Source: Bacteriovoracaceae bacterium
Lineage (GTDB): Bacteria > Bdellovibrionota > Bacteriovoracia > Bacteriovoracales > Bacteriovoracaceae
Length of the DNA: 64,000 bases
Assembly: GCA_965217035.1 (NCBI GenBank)
Contig: OZ244226.1
Coordinates: 558,001-622,000, forward strand
Direction: 5' to 3'
Part shown: in pieces, positions 30,195-40,909 of the stretch
Layout of the letters: every line of letters starts with the position of its first letter
Position numbering within the stretch: position 1 is the first letter of the stretch
The notes under the pieces: generated by a model
Told to the model about the DNA's origin: nothing
The model's database searches: none
Seen by the model: the letters and a program-made list of their open reading frames with translations, nothing else
Position numbers and translations under genes: made by a program

Positions 30195-30734
30195 ATGAAC
30201 GATGTGGGGATTATGAGTTCAAAGCAGATTCTTTCAAAACGACTTTTTGGTTTTACATTCGACTTTGCATGTATCATGTTGAGTTGGATTGCCATCAATC
30301 TCAGTTTTAGAAGTTTTATGTTTTCATTACATGATCACTTGAAAACCTACTCTATTTTTCAATTTGAAAGTAATTTTCTTATCTTCAGTGTTGCCACTAT
30401 CTTTCCACTTTGTTTTATTGGTTACTTTACGGTGAACTATTATATGACAAATGGTTCATCAATCGGGAAAATCTTAATGGGAATTCGTTTTGAAACCAAT
30501 AATAATTTAACTCTTGAGTTTTGTTTCCGTCGAGCAACGTTACAGTTCTTTAGCTATATCTTATTTAGCATTCCAAATCTTGTTAGCTTCTTTACTGACG
30601 ATAATAAATCATTCATTGATCTTATTTTAAAAACAAAACATTTCGAGATTGATCCACTTGAAAATGAAGGTGGCGTTCTTATTTTTCCAAAAGAAGAGTG
30701 GGATCAAGAATACAGCCAAGACCAAGCCGCTTAG
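30195..30734 (+). CDS. RDD-family membrane protein
   Basis: KRLFGFTFD, GSSIGKILMGIR, SFIDLI. Confidence 0.7.
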   Translation: MNDVGIMSSKQILSKRLFGFTFDFACIMLSWIAINLSFRSFMFSLHDHLKTYSIFQFESNFLIFSVATIFPLCFIGYFTVNYYMTNGSSIGKILMGIRFETNNNLTLEFCFRRATLQFFSYILFSIPNLVSFFTDDNKSFIDLILKTKHFEIDPLENEGGVLIFPKEEWDQEYSQDQAA

Positions 30735-30742
30735 GACATCTT

Positions 30743-31282
30743 CTAAAAATCAGCAATTTTCGGTTCAAACCCTCGAGCATAACGAATCATATCCACAACT
30801 TCTCTTGCTGCTCCCGAGCCTCCAGGAGCTTTTGTCACATAATCAGAACATTCCTGAACTTCGTAACTAGCCTCAGGGACTGTCACACCAAATCCAGCTC
30901 TCTTAATAAGAGGCATATCAAAAAACTCATCACCCATATAGAGAATCTCAGAATCACTAACTTCCGTTTTTTCTTGGATTTCAAGATAGGCATGCCGCTT
31001 ATCCATACTTCCTAAATATGAGAAATCAAGCCCTAGGTTCTCTATTCTTTTATGTAACCCTAAACTATCTCCACCAGAAATAATCCCAACTTTAATTCCG
31101 GCTTCCATAAGTATCTTCAGTCCATAGCCATCACGAGCGTTAAAAAAGCGATTAAACCCCATTTCTTCTCCCTGATAAAATAATGTTCCATCAGTAAGGA
31201 TTCCATCACAGTCAAACAAAGCGACCTTGATATTATTTAATTGATCTTTATATTTTTCCGCGACTTCTCTTAAATTACTCAT
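30743..31282 (-). CDS. kdsC: KDO-8-phosphate phosphatase
   Basis: FDCDGILTDG, RDGYG, YMGDEFFD, GGSGAARE. Confidence 0.93.
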   Translation of the reverse strand: MSNLREVAEKYKDQLNNIKVALFDCDGILTDGTLFYQGEEMGFNRFFNARDGYGLKILMEAGIKVGIISGGDSLGLHKRIENLGLDFSYLGSMDKRHAYLEIQEKTEVSDSEILYMGDEFFDMPLIKRAGFGVTVPEASYEVQECSDYVTKAPGGSGAAREVVDMIRYARGFEPKIADF

Positions 31283-32082
31283 AATTCATCCACACATTTT
31301 TTAAGTTGAACAAGCTGTCCAACAATTTTCTTTACATCTTTCAAAGGCATTTGAGTCGCAGCATCGCTTAAAGCTTTTTCAGGATTTGGATGAGCTTCCA
31401 TAAAAATCCCATCAGCTCCGGCTGCAATGGCAGCTTTAGCAAGCGGAACAATCGCTTCTCTCATTCCTCCAGTACTCGTTCCAAGGCCACCTGGTCTTTG
31501 TACACAATGAGTTGCATCGTGAACAACTTTGACTCCAAAGGATTTCATCGTTTGAAAGCCACTCATATCAACAATCAGAGTATTATAACCAAAACTCGTT
31601 CCTCGTTCAGTTAATAAGATTTGTTCGAGCGGAAGAATTGTTTTCGCTTTTTCAACGATATTTCCGGAATCACTTGGGCTCAAAAACTGACCTTTCTTAA
31701 CTTTTAAAATTCCACCTGTCTCTTTGCAAATTTTTGCACCAGCTTCGATCATATCAGTTTGTCGGCAAAGGAAAGCTGGGACTTGTAAGACATCAACGAC
31801 TTTCCCAACAACGACAGCTTGATCGGGAGTATGAAAATCAGTCAATGTTTTAAAACCAAACTCAGACTTAATCGCTTCAAGAATCTTTAAACCTTCATCA
31901 ATTCCAGGTCCTCTTTTTGTTCCTCCGCTACTTCTATTGGCCTTGTCAAAACTTCCTTTGAAGTGGACTTCAATAGAGTCATCAAACTCTTTAAGATCTT
32001 CTAAAAGAGTGCTCGCAACAGTTTTCGCGAGATCCATGCTTTCGAGCATACATGGACCTATAAAGAACGGAATCTTACTCAT
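31279..32082 (-). CDS. kdsA: KDO-8-phosphate synthase
   Basis: KGSFDKANRS, PAFLCRQTD, KKGQFLSP, ERGTSFGY, DATH. Confidence 0.96.
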   Translation of the reverse strand: MSKIPFFIGPCMLESMDLAKTVASTLLEDLKEFDDSIEVHFKGSFDKANRSSGGTKRGPGIDEGLKILEAIKSEFGFKTLTDFHTPDQAVVVGKVVDVLQVPAFLCRQTDMIEAGAKICKETGGILKVKKGQFLSPSDSGNIVEKAKTILPLEQILLTERGTSFGYNTLIVDMSGFQTMKSFGVKVVHDATHCVQRPGGLGTSTGGMREAIVPLAKAAIAAGADGIFMEAHPNPEKALSDAATQMPLKDVKKIVGQLVQLKKCVDEL

Positions 32083-33707
32083 GAATTCTTTCCTTTTAAC
32101 TTCGCATCATAAGAAGCTTTTATAAAGTGACTGAAAAGTGGATGTGGCTTATCTGGTTTTGATTTGAATTCAGGATGATACTGACAACCAATGAAATAAG
32201 GATGCTGATCAAGTTCAATCACTTCGACAAGATTGAGTTCAGGATTTTTCCCTGAAATAACAATCCCATTTTTAACAAGTGTTTCTATAAAATCATTATT
32301 AACTTCGAGTCTATGTCTATGACGTTCTGAAATATTTGTTGTTTGATAAACTTTTTGAGCTAATGACCCTTCAGTCAGTTCACAATCATAAGCTCCAAGC
32401 CTCATTGAACCACCTTTTGAACCATCTTTACTCTGCCCTTCCATATAATGAACGATGAACTCTCCTGATTTTTCAAACTCTTCAGAGGTTGCATTGGAGA
32501 TTCCGGCACAATTTCGCGCAAACTCGATCATCGCAAGTTGCATCCCCAAACAAATTCCGAAATAAGGAACATGCTGAGTTCTTGCATATTGAACAGCCTT
32601 GATCTTTCCTTCTGTTCCTCTTTCTCCAAAACCTCCAGGAACTAATACTCCTGAAATATCTGCAAACTTTTTAGCAATTTCATCTTCGCTGAGATCTTCT
32701 AATTCATCAGCATCGAAATATTCGAGATTTAATTTCAACTGATTATGATAAGCACCATGCTTAAGAGCTTCATCTAAAGATTTATAAGATTCAATAAGCT
32801 CAGTGTACTTACCGATTACTCCGATAGTCACCTCATCGATAGGATTTTCAGCATGATAGACAACTTGCTTTAAAGAAGCGATATCTGGAGCTGAAGTCCA
32901 CATTCCAAGAAGTTCTGTAATCCTCTGATCGAGACCTTGGTTATGAAATTCAAGAGGAACTTTATAAATAAGATTCTGGTCAAGTGATTTAAAAACATTA
33001 TGCTTTGGAACATTACAGAAAAGAGAAATCTTATCCATAATACTTTGATCGATGTCTTGCTCGGCCCTTAAGATAATAACCTGCGGGGAAAGGCCAAGAG
33101 ACCTTAATTCTTTAACTGAATGTTGTGCTGGTTTTGACTTTAATTCTCCCGCTGCTTGCAAGTAAGGAACAAGAACAAGATGAACAAAAAGAACGTTTTC
33201 CTGTCCAACATCTTGGGCCAGCTGTCGAATAGCTTCAATATAAGGTTGAGATTCAATATCCCCTACTGTTCCACCAATCTCACCAATAAGAAGTTCACAA
33301 TCACTTGCAGCTAAATGGATCCGTCTTTTGATTTCATCAGTAATATGAGGAACAACTTGTACCGTTTTTCCTAAATACTTTCCTTCCCTCTCATTATCAA
33401 TGACTTGAAGATAAACTTGTCCGGTTGTGAAGTTATTTTTCTTGGATAAGGTTTGGGTTGTAAATCTTTCGTAATGGCCGAGATCGAGATCGGTTTCAGC
33501 TCCATCATCTGTGACAAAAACTTCCCCATGCTGAGTTGGACTCATAGTTCCCGGATCAACATTGATATAAGGATCCATCTTTAAAAGATTAATAGAAATT
33601 CCTCTTCGTTCTAACAAACTCGCGATACTAGCAGCAGCAAGTCCCTTCCCTAAGGAACTGGCAACTCCCCCAGTAATGAAAATGTACTTTTTAGTTCTTT
33701 CGTTCAT
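32079..33707 (-). CDS. pyrG: CTP synthase
   Basis: TGGVASSLGKG, DPYINVDPGTMSP, GICLGMQ, QYHPEF. Confidence 0.98.
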   Translation of the reverse strand: MNERTKKYIFITGGVASSLGKGLAAASIASLLERRGISINLLKMDPYINVDPGTMSPTQHGEVFVTDDGAETDLDLGHYERFTTQTLSKKNNFTTGQVYLQVIDNEREGKYLGKTVQVVPHITDEIKRRIHLAASDCELLIGEIGGTVGDIESQPYIEAIRQLAQDVGQENVLFVHLVLVPYLQAAGELKSKPAQHSVKELRSLGLSPQVIILRAEQDIDQSIMDKISLFCNVPKHNVFKSLDQNLIYKVPLEFHNQGLDQRITELLGMWTSAPDIASLKQVVYHAENPIDEVTIGVIGKYTELIESYKSLDEALKHGAYHNQLKLNLEYFDADELEDLSEDEIAKKFADISGVLVPGGFGERGTEGKIKAVQYARTQHVPYFGICLGMQLAMIEFARNCAGISNATSEEFEKSGEFIVHYMEGQSKDGSKGGSMRLGAYDCELTEGSLAQKVYQTTNISERHRHRLEVNNDFIETLVKNGIVISGKNPELNLVEVIELDQHPYFIGCQYHPEFKSKPDKPHPLFSHFIKASYDAKLKGKNS

Positions 33708-34434
33708 TTCTCTCCTTGAGAAAGGTCTCCACTTTTTCTATATCTTCTGGTCGGTCGACTCCTATAAGCTCCGAGCTTGTTTCAAGTCCCCCAATTAACA
33801 TTCCATTCTCCAAAGCTCTCAATTGCTCCAACTTCTCTGTTAACTCTAATTTTGAAGGAGCATAATCAAGAAACTTTTTTAAGGCTTCAGCCTGATAACA
33901 ATAAACTCCAATATGCTGAAACCAATCTTCTCCTTTTTTATCTCGATCAAACGGAATTGAAGCTCTGGAAAAATAAAAGCATTGGCCTGATTCAGTTTTA
34001 GCAACTTTAACAATATCAGGATTAGAGATCTCACTCCCTGATCTTCTTTTTACCAGCGTTGTAATTGAGTATTGGTCATTTTTTTGATGAAACTCTAGAA
34101 GGTTCTTAACTTCATGACCAGATAATAGTGGCTCATCACCCTGTACGTTGACGACGTACTGATATTTATTTTCAAGAAAACGAGCCAACGCCAGACCAAT
34201 CCGCTCGCTTCCACTTGGAACGTCATCATCAACTCGATAAACCGTTCCATTAATGGACTCTACCGAAGCTTGAATCTCATCATTATCAGTCACAACCGCA
34301 ACATCTAAACCTGACTCAATCAAGTTTCTATAGACCATCTGAATCATGGGTTGATCTTGAATTAAAGTGAGAGGTTTGCCCGGGAATCGTGAGGATTCAT
34401 ATCGTGCTGGTATAAGAATTACCGCCTGGGCCAT
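33691..34434 (-). CDS. kdsB: 3-deoxy-manno-octulosonate cytidylyltransferase
   Basis: IPARYESSRFPGKPL, NVQGDEP, EKLEQLRALENG. Confidence 0.96.
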   Translation of the reverse strand: MAQAVILIPARYESSRFPGKPLTLIQDQPMIQMVYRNLIESGLDVAVVTDNDEIQASVESINGTVYRVDDDVPSGSERIGLALARFLENKYQYVVNVQGDEPLLSGHEVKNLLEFHQKNDQYSITTLVKRRSGSEISNPDIVKVAKTESGQCFYFSRASIPFDRDKKGEDWFQHIGVYCYQAEALKKFLDYAPSKLELTEKLEQLRALENGMLIGGLETSSELIGVDRPEDIEKVETFLKERNERKN

Positions 34435-34532
34435 AAGTCCTTAATATAGTATAGAAATCAGGAAATAGATACCAAAAAATGACGAAATGCTCCCTAGCGT
34501 CCTCCTTGCCTAATCATTTGATATAATTAGGT

Positions 34533-34832
34533 ATGCGTTGTTTTTTAGTCTGTTTATGCCTTTGCTCCCAAGCCTATGCTGTCTCTTATCACGAGCTCTA
34601 TTGTAGTCGAATTGACCGAGAACAAAACCAAAGAAATATCATCATTAGAAAAATAGACAAAAACCTTGAAAGAATCCTAAAAATTTTAAAACATGAACGC
34701 TCTGAAGATTTGATTAATCAACAAAAACTTCTAAGATTATATAAGAATTGGGACTATAAAAACCAAAGGCTTAAAAGAAAATCCACGAACTATATAGAGT
34801 TCGCAGTCACTAGAGGTTGTCCATTATTATGA
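34533..34832 (+). CDS. Exported hypothetical protein
   Basis: Signal peptide ending AYA; stop overlaps the next ATG. Confidence 0.6.
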   Translation: MRCFLVCLCLCSQAYAVSYHELYCSRIDREQNQRNIIIRKIDKNLERILKILKHERSEDLINQQKLLRLYKNWDYKNQRLKRKSTNYIEFAVTRGCPLL

Positions 34833-35686
34833 AGCTATTATTATTACTTCTTCTCTTTTTCTCATGTTCTCTCTTTAACACTGACCCAAGAGGAGATCTT
34901 AGTAATAAAGAACGAGATGAGCGTGACCTTCCTTTTCATGAAAAAGACACGAGCTATAATATTCTCATTCTCGTTGATCTCGAAGTGATTTATTCCAAAC
35001 CTTTACCTGAATGGGAACAACATCTTCAATACTTTCTTTGGAATCTTTATCGAGATAGACAACTTCTTGTTGCTCTAAGCCCTATTGATAACCGATATCA
35101 ATTTGTTTATGGCTCTAATAGAAAAGAGCTTTCTCCAAAACACAAAGAACTTCCTATAGGAGACTTGAAGGCCATAAAACTGACGGCCATCGAAAAAGTG
35201 AAACGAGAGAAGACTCCTGGAATCTCTTACGCTCTCAATAAACTGAGATTTCTTTCATCCAATGGGTACTTTGCTCCTAATCTTGATACTCATGTCATTA
35301 TTATCTCACCAAATGATGATTGGGATTATTACACCAATATGTCAGGACATATCGTTAAAGATCATTATCCAGATCGTCTCAGTAAACTCAAGATGATGAA
35401 CAAAGACATCTATACTGGAAAACTAGAAAAGATCCGATACTATAATTTTGATCACTTAAGATTCCACACTATTTCTCGTCATAATAAATATTGCTCGAAA
35501 GGAAGAAAAGATTTTTATCGTTACCGTATGGCTTCAAGAGAGCTTTATGAACATTATGTTGAAACAGTCGAACCAAGGACATGGCCTGACTATTATAATT
35601 ATTGCAACCAAAGTCTTAATAAAATCTTCAAAAGTATTTTTGAGTCTATTAGACAAAGAAAATTTGTAAAAAAATTGTCCAAATAG
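34829..35686 (+). CDS. Lipoprotein, possibly with a degenerate vWA-like domain
   Basis: Lipobox FFSC; ILILVD...HVIIISPNDD. Confidence 0.55.
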   Translation: MKLLLLLLLFFSCSLFNTDPRGDLSNKERDERDLPFHEKDTSYNILILVDLEVIYSKPLPEWEQHLQYFLWNLYRDRQLLVALSPIDNRYQFVYGSNRKELSPKHKELPIGDLKAIKLTAIEKVKREKTPGISYALNKLRFLSSNGYFAPNLDTHVIIISPNDDWDYYTNMSGHIVKDHYPDRLSKLKMMNKDIYTGKLEKIRYYNFDHLRFHTISRHNKYCSKGRKDFYRYRMASRELYEHYVETVEPRTWPDYYNYCNQSLNKIFKSIFESIRQRKFVKKLSK

Positions 35687-35773
35687 AATGCATGAGCTGA
35701 ACAATACTTATATCCGACGCCAAGAATACTTAAGTGAGCTTCTTGATAGAGTTTTGGGAATATCAATTAGAGA

Positions 35774-36430
35774 TTATTTAATTGTCGTAATTACATATTC
35801 TTGGGAATTAAAAAGAGAACTCTCTGCTTTGACGTAAGACTTCGCAGCTTCAAGAGAATCAAAAGCCCCAAGACTCACTCTATACCAACGAGACTTGTTA
35901 GAGCCAAGCTCGACTTCATTAATAAGAGGTTTATATCCACGAGCGATAAATCCGCCAGCAAATTGCTGAGCTTCATCAATCGTTTTGTAAGAACCAAGCT
36001 GAATCGTATATTTTCCAATGATGTCACCTGAAACATTCATCGAGTCATTATTCTTAACTTCTGGAATCACTTCAGAAGGTTCAGCAATAGCTTCAGGTTC
36101 AGGAGCTTTAAAGTTTTTACGATCTAGTTTTTCAAACTCATCTTGAAGTTTTTGAAAAGTTTCTTCATCAAGGTTTTTTGTAGAATCCCCATTCGCTTGG
36201 GTTTCTTCCACCGGAACTTCTTTTACAACATCCTCAACATATTCTTCTTTATCCGATTTAAGTTCAAATTCTCGGACGTTTGACTCTGTGATACCAACAT
36301 GATCAAGGGCCCTCTTTTTTCCCAATCTCATCCCAAGGACAAATGCTGTAATCGACATGATCACAAAAAAGAAGACGAGAAGTGAAAGTTCAACTCGGTC
36401 AAAAACAAATACGCGGCTTTTTCTTTCCAT
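35774..36430 (-). CDS. SPOR-domain membrane protein (FtsN/DedD-like)
   Basis: N-terminal TM, acidic linker, YTIQLGSY...WYRVSLGAF. Confidence 0.9.
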   Translation of the reverse strand: MERKSRVFVFDRVELSLLVFFFVIMSITAFVLGMRLGKKRALDHVGITESNVREFELKSDKEEYVEDVVKEVPVEETQANGDSTKNLDEETFQKLQDEFEKLDRKNFKAPEPEAIAEPSEVIPEVKNNDSMNVSGDIIGKYTIQLGSYKTIDEAQQFAGGFIARGYKPLINEVELGSNKSRWYRVSLGAFDSLEAAKSYVKAESSLFNSQEYVITTIK

Positions 36431-36597
36431 AAATCTATTCTAGTTAAGATTCGCTTTTTTATAAACAGTAAAATTTATTTCAATGATCTCCGGGAAATCC
36501 TTGTTTGTAAACTGAGGAGTCTTTTATTTTCCATAGGTTAAGAGTATCAGACAAAAACCCTCTCTTGCAGCTATTAAACAAAAATCAAGGAGTTTTA

Positions 36598-36762
36598 ATG
36601 AAACTTTTAGGACAAAGAGGTCAAGCCGTAATGGAATACGTACTTCTTATTGGCTTAATTGGTGTATTTAGTATTTTTGCTATTAGAAACTTTGGTCAAC
36701 AAATAGAGCAAAAGCTTCAAAGTTCTATTAAGAGAATTAATAAAACCCTGAGGGTCAGATGA
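36598..36762 (+). CDS. flp: Flp-family type IVb pilin
   Basis: SD AAGGAG; RG|QAVMEYVLLIGLI prepilin/Flp motif. Confidence 0.85.
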   Translation: MKLLGQRGQAVMEYVLLIGLIGVFSIFAIRNFGQQIEQKLQSSIKRINKTLRVR

Positions 36763-37061
36763 TAATTTTTCAAAAATTGGTCTGGCTCCCTCTAAGCCTG
36801 GCATTGCATTTTCAGTATCTCAAGCTCTCCCAAAGAAATTTCAGAGCTGCTGAAAAGAAATGCCAGCAAAGAGGTTTTGCAAGTTTCAGTTTTCTCATCT
36901 TCGTCATGCACGCCTTTCTTCTCTTTCAAGAGACCTTAGAAATCTTCAAATTGAGTCGTTGCGTGAAAGGAATTGGAGAATTAGAAGAGTTATCTTGGAT
37001 AACTCTCATTGCATCGACCAGTCTATGGACACTTAAGTATCAGTCAGAGCTTTTAGCATGA
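36759..37061 (+). CDS. Hypothetical protein in the tad locus
   Basis: ATGA overlap with flp; internal QRGFASFSFLIFV resembles a pseudopilin cleavage site. Confidence 0.4.
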   Translation: MIIFQKLVWLPLSLALHFQYLKLSQRNFRAAEKKCQQRGFASFSFLIFVMHAFLLFQETLEIFKLSRCVKGIGELEELSWITLIASTSLWTLKYQSELLA

Positions 37062-37148
37062 AGAAAATTATCCTTGGAATTTTACTCTTATCAATTGCAG
37101 GTTACGAATTTTCCTTAATAAGACCTGAGCCACAACAATTAATTCAAT

Positions 37149-37445
37149 ATGAAGTTATTTACTAGTTTTTTACTTTTTTGTTTCGGAGCTTATGCCAATC
37201 CTCCAATAAAAGTTTTCTGGAATGCTCCTAAAGAAAACCTTACTTATTTGAAACAGGCAATTCAATCAAATCTCAAAGTCCCAGATCAACTCATAGAATT
37301 GCGGTTTAAGAACAAGCCCTGCTTTAATAATGAATTCAGAATGGAGATTTTGGTACTTTGCTTGGAAGGATCAGCTATGAAGATTGTCCATAAAAAATCA
37401 GAGGCATTGAATAATGCCTACAAGGTATTTCGAAATGATGACTGA
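37149..37445 (+). CDS. Exported hypothetical protein in the tad locus
   Basis: Signal peptide ending GAYA; overlaps the secretin gene. Confidence 0.6.
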   Translation: MKLFTSFLLFCFGAYANPPIKVFWNAPKENLTYLKQAIQSNLKVPDQLIELRFKNKPCFNNEFRMEILVLCLEGSAMKIVHKKSEALNNAYKVFRNDD

Positions 37446-38868
37446 GAATTACTTTTCAGGGTGGATAGAAAACTTAGGAGTTGTTCCTTTGTTTCTGTTA
37501 GCCGCTTTTCTCTTTTTACCAGTTTTCGAAGCTTTTCTCTTACGAATGGCTTTTGTCTGCTTTGTATTTGATGCCATGGGGCCCTCTCATTTGTTTAGGA
37601 AGCTAAGATTCCATAAATTACTGTATTTTGTCAAAGTCAGTTTATGGGGCTTAGCAATACCATGCATCGCACAACCTCCTTCATCAAACCTCTATCTGGC
37701 TAAAGGTGAACAAATATCGCTCGCAGCTCCCGGATTAAAGCAGTTTTCAGTAGGAAATCCAGACATCCTAGGTCGAAAATACTCTCCTAAAAGCAAGAGA
37801 ATTTATCTTAAGGGCAAGAAACTCGGTTATTCAGATGTCATTGTTTGGAGCAAATCTGGTAAGCATATTTATCATGCTTATGTTCTCTCTAAATCTCAAA
37901 ACCTTAAACTTGCTCAAGCTGCCAATAGTCTCAAGGGAATAGGACTAAAGACCCGATTTGAGGGTAAAAAGGTTTGGGCAGAAGGAAGAATAAAAAATCA
38001 TATTGACCTAAAGAGAACTCTCCAACTTCAAAAAGATTTTAAAAACCAGGTGAATCTCCAAGTATCTCTTACTAAAAAACTTCAAAAAGAACTTATTGCC
38101 GAAATCTATCTTAAGCTCAATCAACGACCAAACTTAACTTATTTTTGCAAGCTGGAGGAGCACTTTCCTCTTTGTAATTACCAAGCTGTTAAGCAAGATA
38201 AAAAACTAGAGAAAAATATTCTTCAAAATTTTGGCATTCAACTTACTTATCACCCTCACAGACTTAGCTCTAACAATCTTAAGGTTCAATTCAAATTTAT
38301 CGAAATTGAAACACAAGAAAGAGAAGACTTCTCTTTCGGTCTCAATCGCCTTAGTACCAGTGTCGCCAATTATTTAAACTCACCTCGGTCACTCTATGAG
38401 AATAATCTTATCCAATTTAATGGTTCTGAATATAGAATGAAAATTCTCGCAGAGCCAGAAGTTCAGTCGATTCTTGATCAAAAAAACAAAATTCAGATAG
38501 GTCTTAATATCCCTTATAAAGTTGTTAATCGTGATGGTTTTGCTTCTACCGAATGGGTTGAAACAGGATTAAAGGTTGGCTTTAAGCTTCATCATCATCA
38601 AGGAAAAATTCTTTTGAAATATGAATCGGAGCTTTCAGCTCCCAGTGTGGATCAGATAAAAACAAACGAACAATCGGGAAGTTTTTTTCCAAAGCTTGGT
38701 GGAGATTATGCTCAAATTTTCCAAATAGGTCTCGAGGCCAGTAAGAAAGAACACAGCGGACCTTTAGGAATTCAAGATATACCACTTCTTGGAAATTTGC
38801 TTAAAAGTCATTCTCATCTAAAAACATATAAAGTCTTTCTTGGTTTCGTCAGGATCAACTATGAATGA
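37435..38868 (+). CDS. CpaC/RcpA-like pilus secretin
   Basis: FSVGNPDIL...LKGKKLGYSDVIVW N-domain; GPLGIQDIPLLGNLLKS secretin motif. Start uncertain. Confidence 0.75.
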   Translation: MMTENYFSGWIENLGVVPLFLLAAFLFLPVFEAFLLRMAFVCFVFDAMGPSHLFRKLRFHKLLYFVKVSLWGLAIPCIAQPPSSNLYLAKGEQISLAAPGLKQFSVGNPDILGRKYSPKSKRIYLKGKKLGYSDVIVWSKSGKHIYHAYVLSKSQNLKLAQAANSLKGIGLKTRFEGKKVWAEGRIKNHIDLKRTLQLQKDFKNQVNLQVSLTKKLQKELIAEIYLKLNQRPNLTYFCKLEEHFPLCNYQAVKQDKKLEKNILQNFGIQLTYHPHRLSSNNLKVQFKFIEIETQEREDFSFGLNRLSTSVANYLNSPRSLYENNLIQFNGSEYRMKILAEPEVQSILDQKNKIQIGLNIPYKVVNRDGFASTEWVETGLKVGFKLHHHQGKILLKYESELSAPSVDQIKTNEQSGSFFPKLGGDYAQIFQIGLEASKKEHSGPLGIQDIPLLGNLLKSHSHLKTYKVFLGFVRINYE

Positions 38869-39841
38869 GTTTTTTGATAAGATCGAATCATTGTTGAACA
38901 AAGGAATCTTACCAAAAAAAGAAGATATAAATGAGACAAGCCTATTTCAAGAGATGAAAAGCCTGAATTTCTTAAAAAAAATTCTTCAAGATCCTGATAC
39001 CTTTGAACTTATTTTCCATTGCGAATCTCTTATAGAAGTTATTTCTCATTCTAAAAGAGACTATTTAATTCTTCCCCACTCTAGGAGATTCATTGATCTC
39101 GCTTTTCAATGGAATGCTTTAGAACAAAAAGTAAGATGGAATCAAAGGAACTATCAATCATCATATAGATCTCAAATAGGAGAACATCTTGTACGAATTA
39201 CATTGCTTCACAAGGTTGTTCAGAATGCCGATCACAAATACTTTGTACGCAAGCGAGAAAGAAAAAGTCACCCTCTTTCCAGTTTTCAGCTTCCAATCGC
39301 TTTAGATATGAAAAACAAAAATATTTTAATTTCAGGCGCCACAGCGAGTGGAAAGACGAGTTTTCTTAACGCTATTATTAATGATCAATGCCAAAAACAA
39401 CACCATATTATTATTGAAGATACAAGAGAGCTACAATCTGAATCAAAACTCGTTACTTACCTATGCTCCGAAGAAAAACTTGAACAATATTGTGCTGACG
39501 CCCTAAGGCTTAGCCCTCAAAATATTATTCTCGGTGAAATTCGATCCTCAGAAGTTGTCCCTTTTTCTTTACTCCTCACTGCTGGTCATAAAGGGTTAAT
39601 GACAACCATCCATGCTAATTCTGCACTTGATTCGCTTGAAAGAGTTGCTCTACTTTTTTCGCTATACTCCAGAAATCCCATGAACCGAGAATCTCTTCTT
39701 ACTCTTCTCTCTCAAAACCTTGATTATTTAATCTACATGGAAAACAAGCGAATTTCCGAGATCTTAGCAATTAGGGGTCATAAAAATGGCCATTATTTGT
39801 ATGAAAATATTGGCCAAGAAGTTCTGCCAGAAGCCATCTGA
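38861..39841 (+). CDS. CpaF/TadA-like secretion ATPase
   Basis: SGATASGKTS, IEDTREL, ALRLSP..IILGEIRS, GH..TTIHANS. Confidence 0.88.
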   Translation: MNEFFDKIESLLNKGILPKKEDINETSLFQEMKSLNFLKKILQDPDTFELIFHCESLIEVISHSKRDYLILPHSRRFIDLAFQWNALEQKVRWNQRNYQSSYRSQIGEHLVRITLLHKVVQNADHKYFVRKRERKSHPLSSFQLPIALDMKNKNILISGATASGKTSFLNAIINDQCQKQHHIIIEDTRELQSESKLVTYLCSEEKLEQYCADALRLSPQNIILGEIRSSEVVPFSLLLTAGHKGLMTTIHANSALDSLERVALLFSLYSRNPMNRESLLTLLSQNLDYLIYMENKRISEILAIRGHKNGHYLYENIGQEVLPEAI

Positions 39842-39884
39842 AGGCGTATCTTAGATTGTAATCCAATCCCTAGGAGATAAATCC

Positions 39885-40907
39885 ATGACAACAAATGCTA
39901 TCACTTATGACGACGTTCTACTTGTGCCTTCTTATAACCACTATGAATCGAGAAGAGTTGTTGAAACTAAAGTTACCGACCAAACAGGAAAACTGACTCT
40001 AGAGCTTCCATTGATGACGGCTAATATGGATACGATTACAGAATCGGGAATGGCGAATTTTATTGGGGAGAAAGGAGGGATTGGCTTCTTACACCGTTTC
40101 ATGGATATTGAGCGAAATGTCAAAGAATTCAAAAAATGCAAAACAACGACCTTTGTTTCCATAGGTTGTAATAGAGACGAACTCGAAAGAGCTGAGGCAT
40201 TAAGAGATACCGGAGCTGAATATTTTTGTATCGACGTTGCCCATGCCCATGCGAAATATGTCGGACAAACTCTTAAACAATTAAGGGAACTGCTTGGAAA
40301 AAATGCTTGTATCGTTGGTGGAAATGTTGCGACTTACGCAGGAGCTGATTATCTCGCGAGTTGTGGTGCCGATATCATAAAAGTTGGAATCGGAGGTGGT
40401 TCAGTATGTACAACCAGAATCAAAACAGGTTTTGGAGTTCCAATGCTAACCTCTATCCAACAATGCGCTCGAGTCGGAAGATCGATCATTGCCGATGGCG
40501 GAATCAGAACAGCTGGAGATATCGTCAAAGCTCTCGCCTTTGGAGCTGACTTTGTCATGGTCGGTGGAATCTTCGCAGGAACTGAACCAACTCCAGGTGA
40601 AACTTTCGAAAAGAAAATGCCAAATGGGTCAACAAAAAAGTTTAAAAAATATAGAGGCATGGCCAGTGCCGCTGTTCAAGAAGAGCATCGTGGTAATATG
40701 CCGAAATGGAAAACAGCGGAAGGTGTTTCGACTGAAGTCCCTGCAAATGATAATCATGAAGCCATTGTTGACGATATCATCGGTGGATTAAGGTCTGGGC
40801 TCACTTACGCTGGGGCAGCAACGGTTAAAGAGCTTCAAAGAAAACTTGATTATATAACGGTTACACCGGCAGGAAGATATGAAAGCCTTCCACATAAGAC
40901 GATGTAG
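39885..40907 (+). CDS. GMP reductase / IMPDH family protein lacking CBS domains
   Basis: TYDDVLLVP, ANMDT, DVAHAH, GIGGGSVCTTR, ADGG, YRGMAS, EG; 340 aa. Confidence 0.85.
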   Translation: MTTNAITYDDVLLVPSYNHYESRRVVETKVTDQTGKLTLELPLMTANMDTITESGMANFIGEKGGIGFLHRFMDIERNVKEFKKCKTTTFVSIGCNRDELERAEALRDTGAEYFCIDVAHAHAKYVGQTLKQLRELLGKNACIVGGNVATYAGADYLASCGADIIKVGIGGGSVCTTRIKTGFGVPMLTSIQQCARVGRSIIADGGIRTAGDIVKALAFGADFVMVGGIFAGTEPTPGETFEKKMPNGSTKKFKKYRGMASAAVQEEHRGNMPKWKTAEGVSTEVPANDNHEAIVDDIIGGLRSGLTYAGAATVKELQRKLDYITVTPAGRYESLPHKTM

Positions 40908-40909
40908 AG

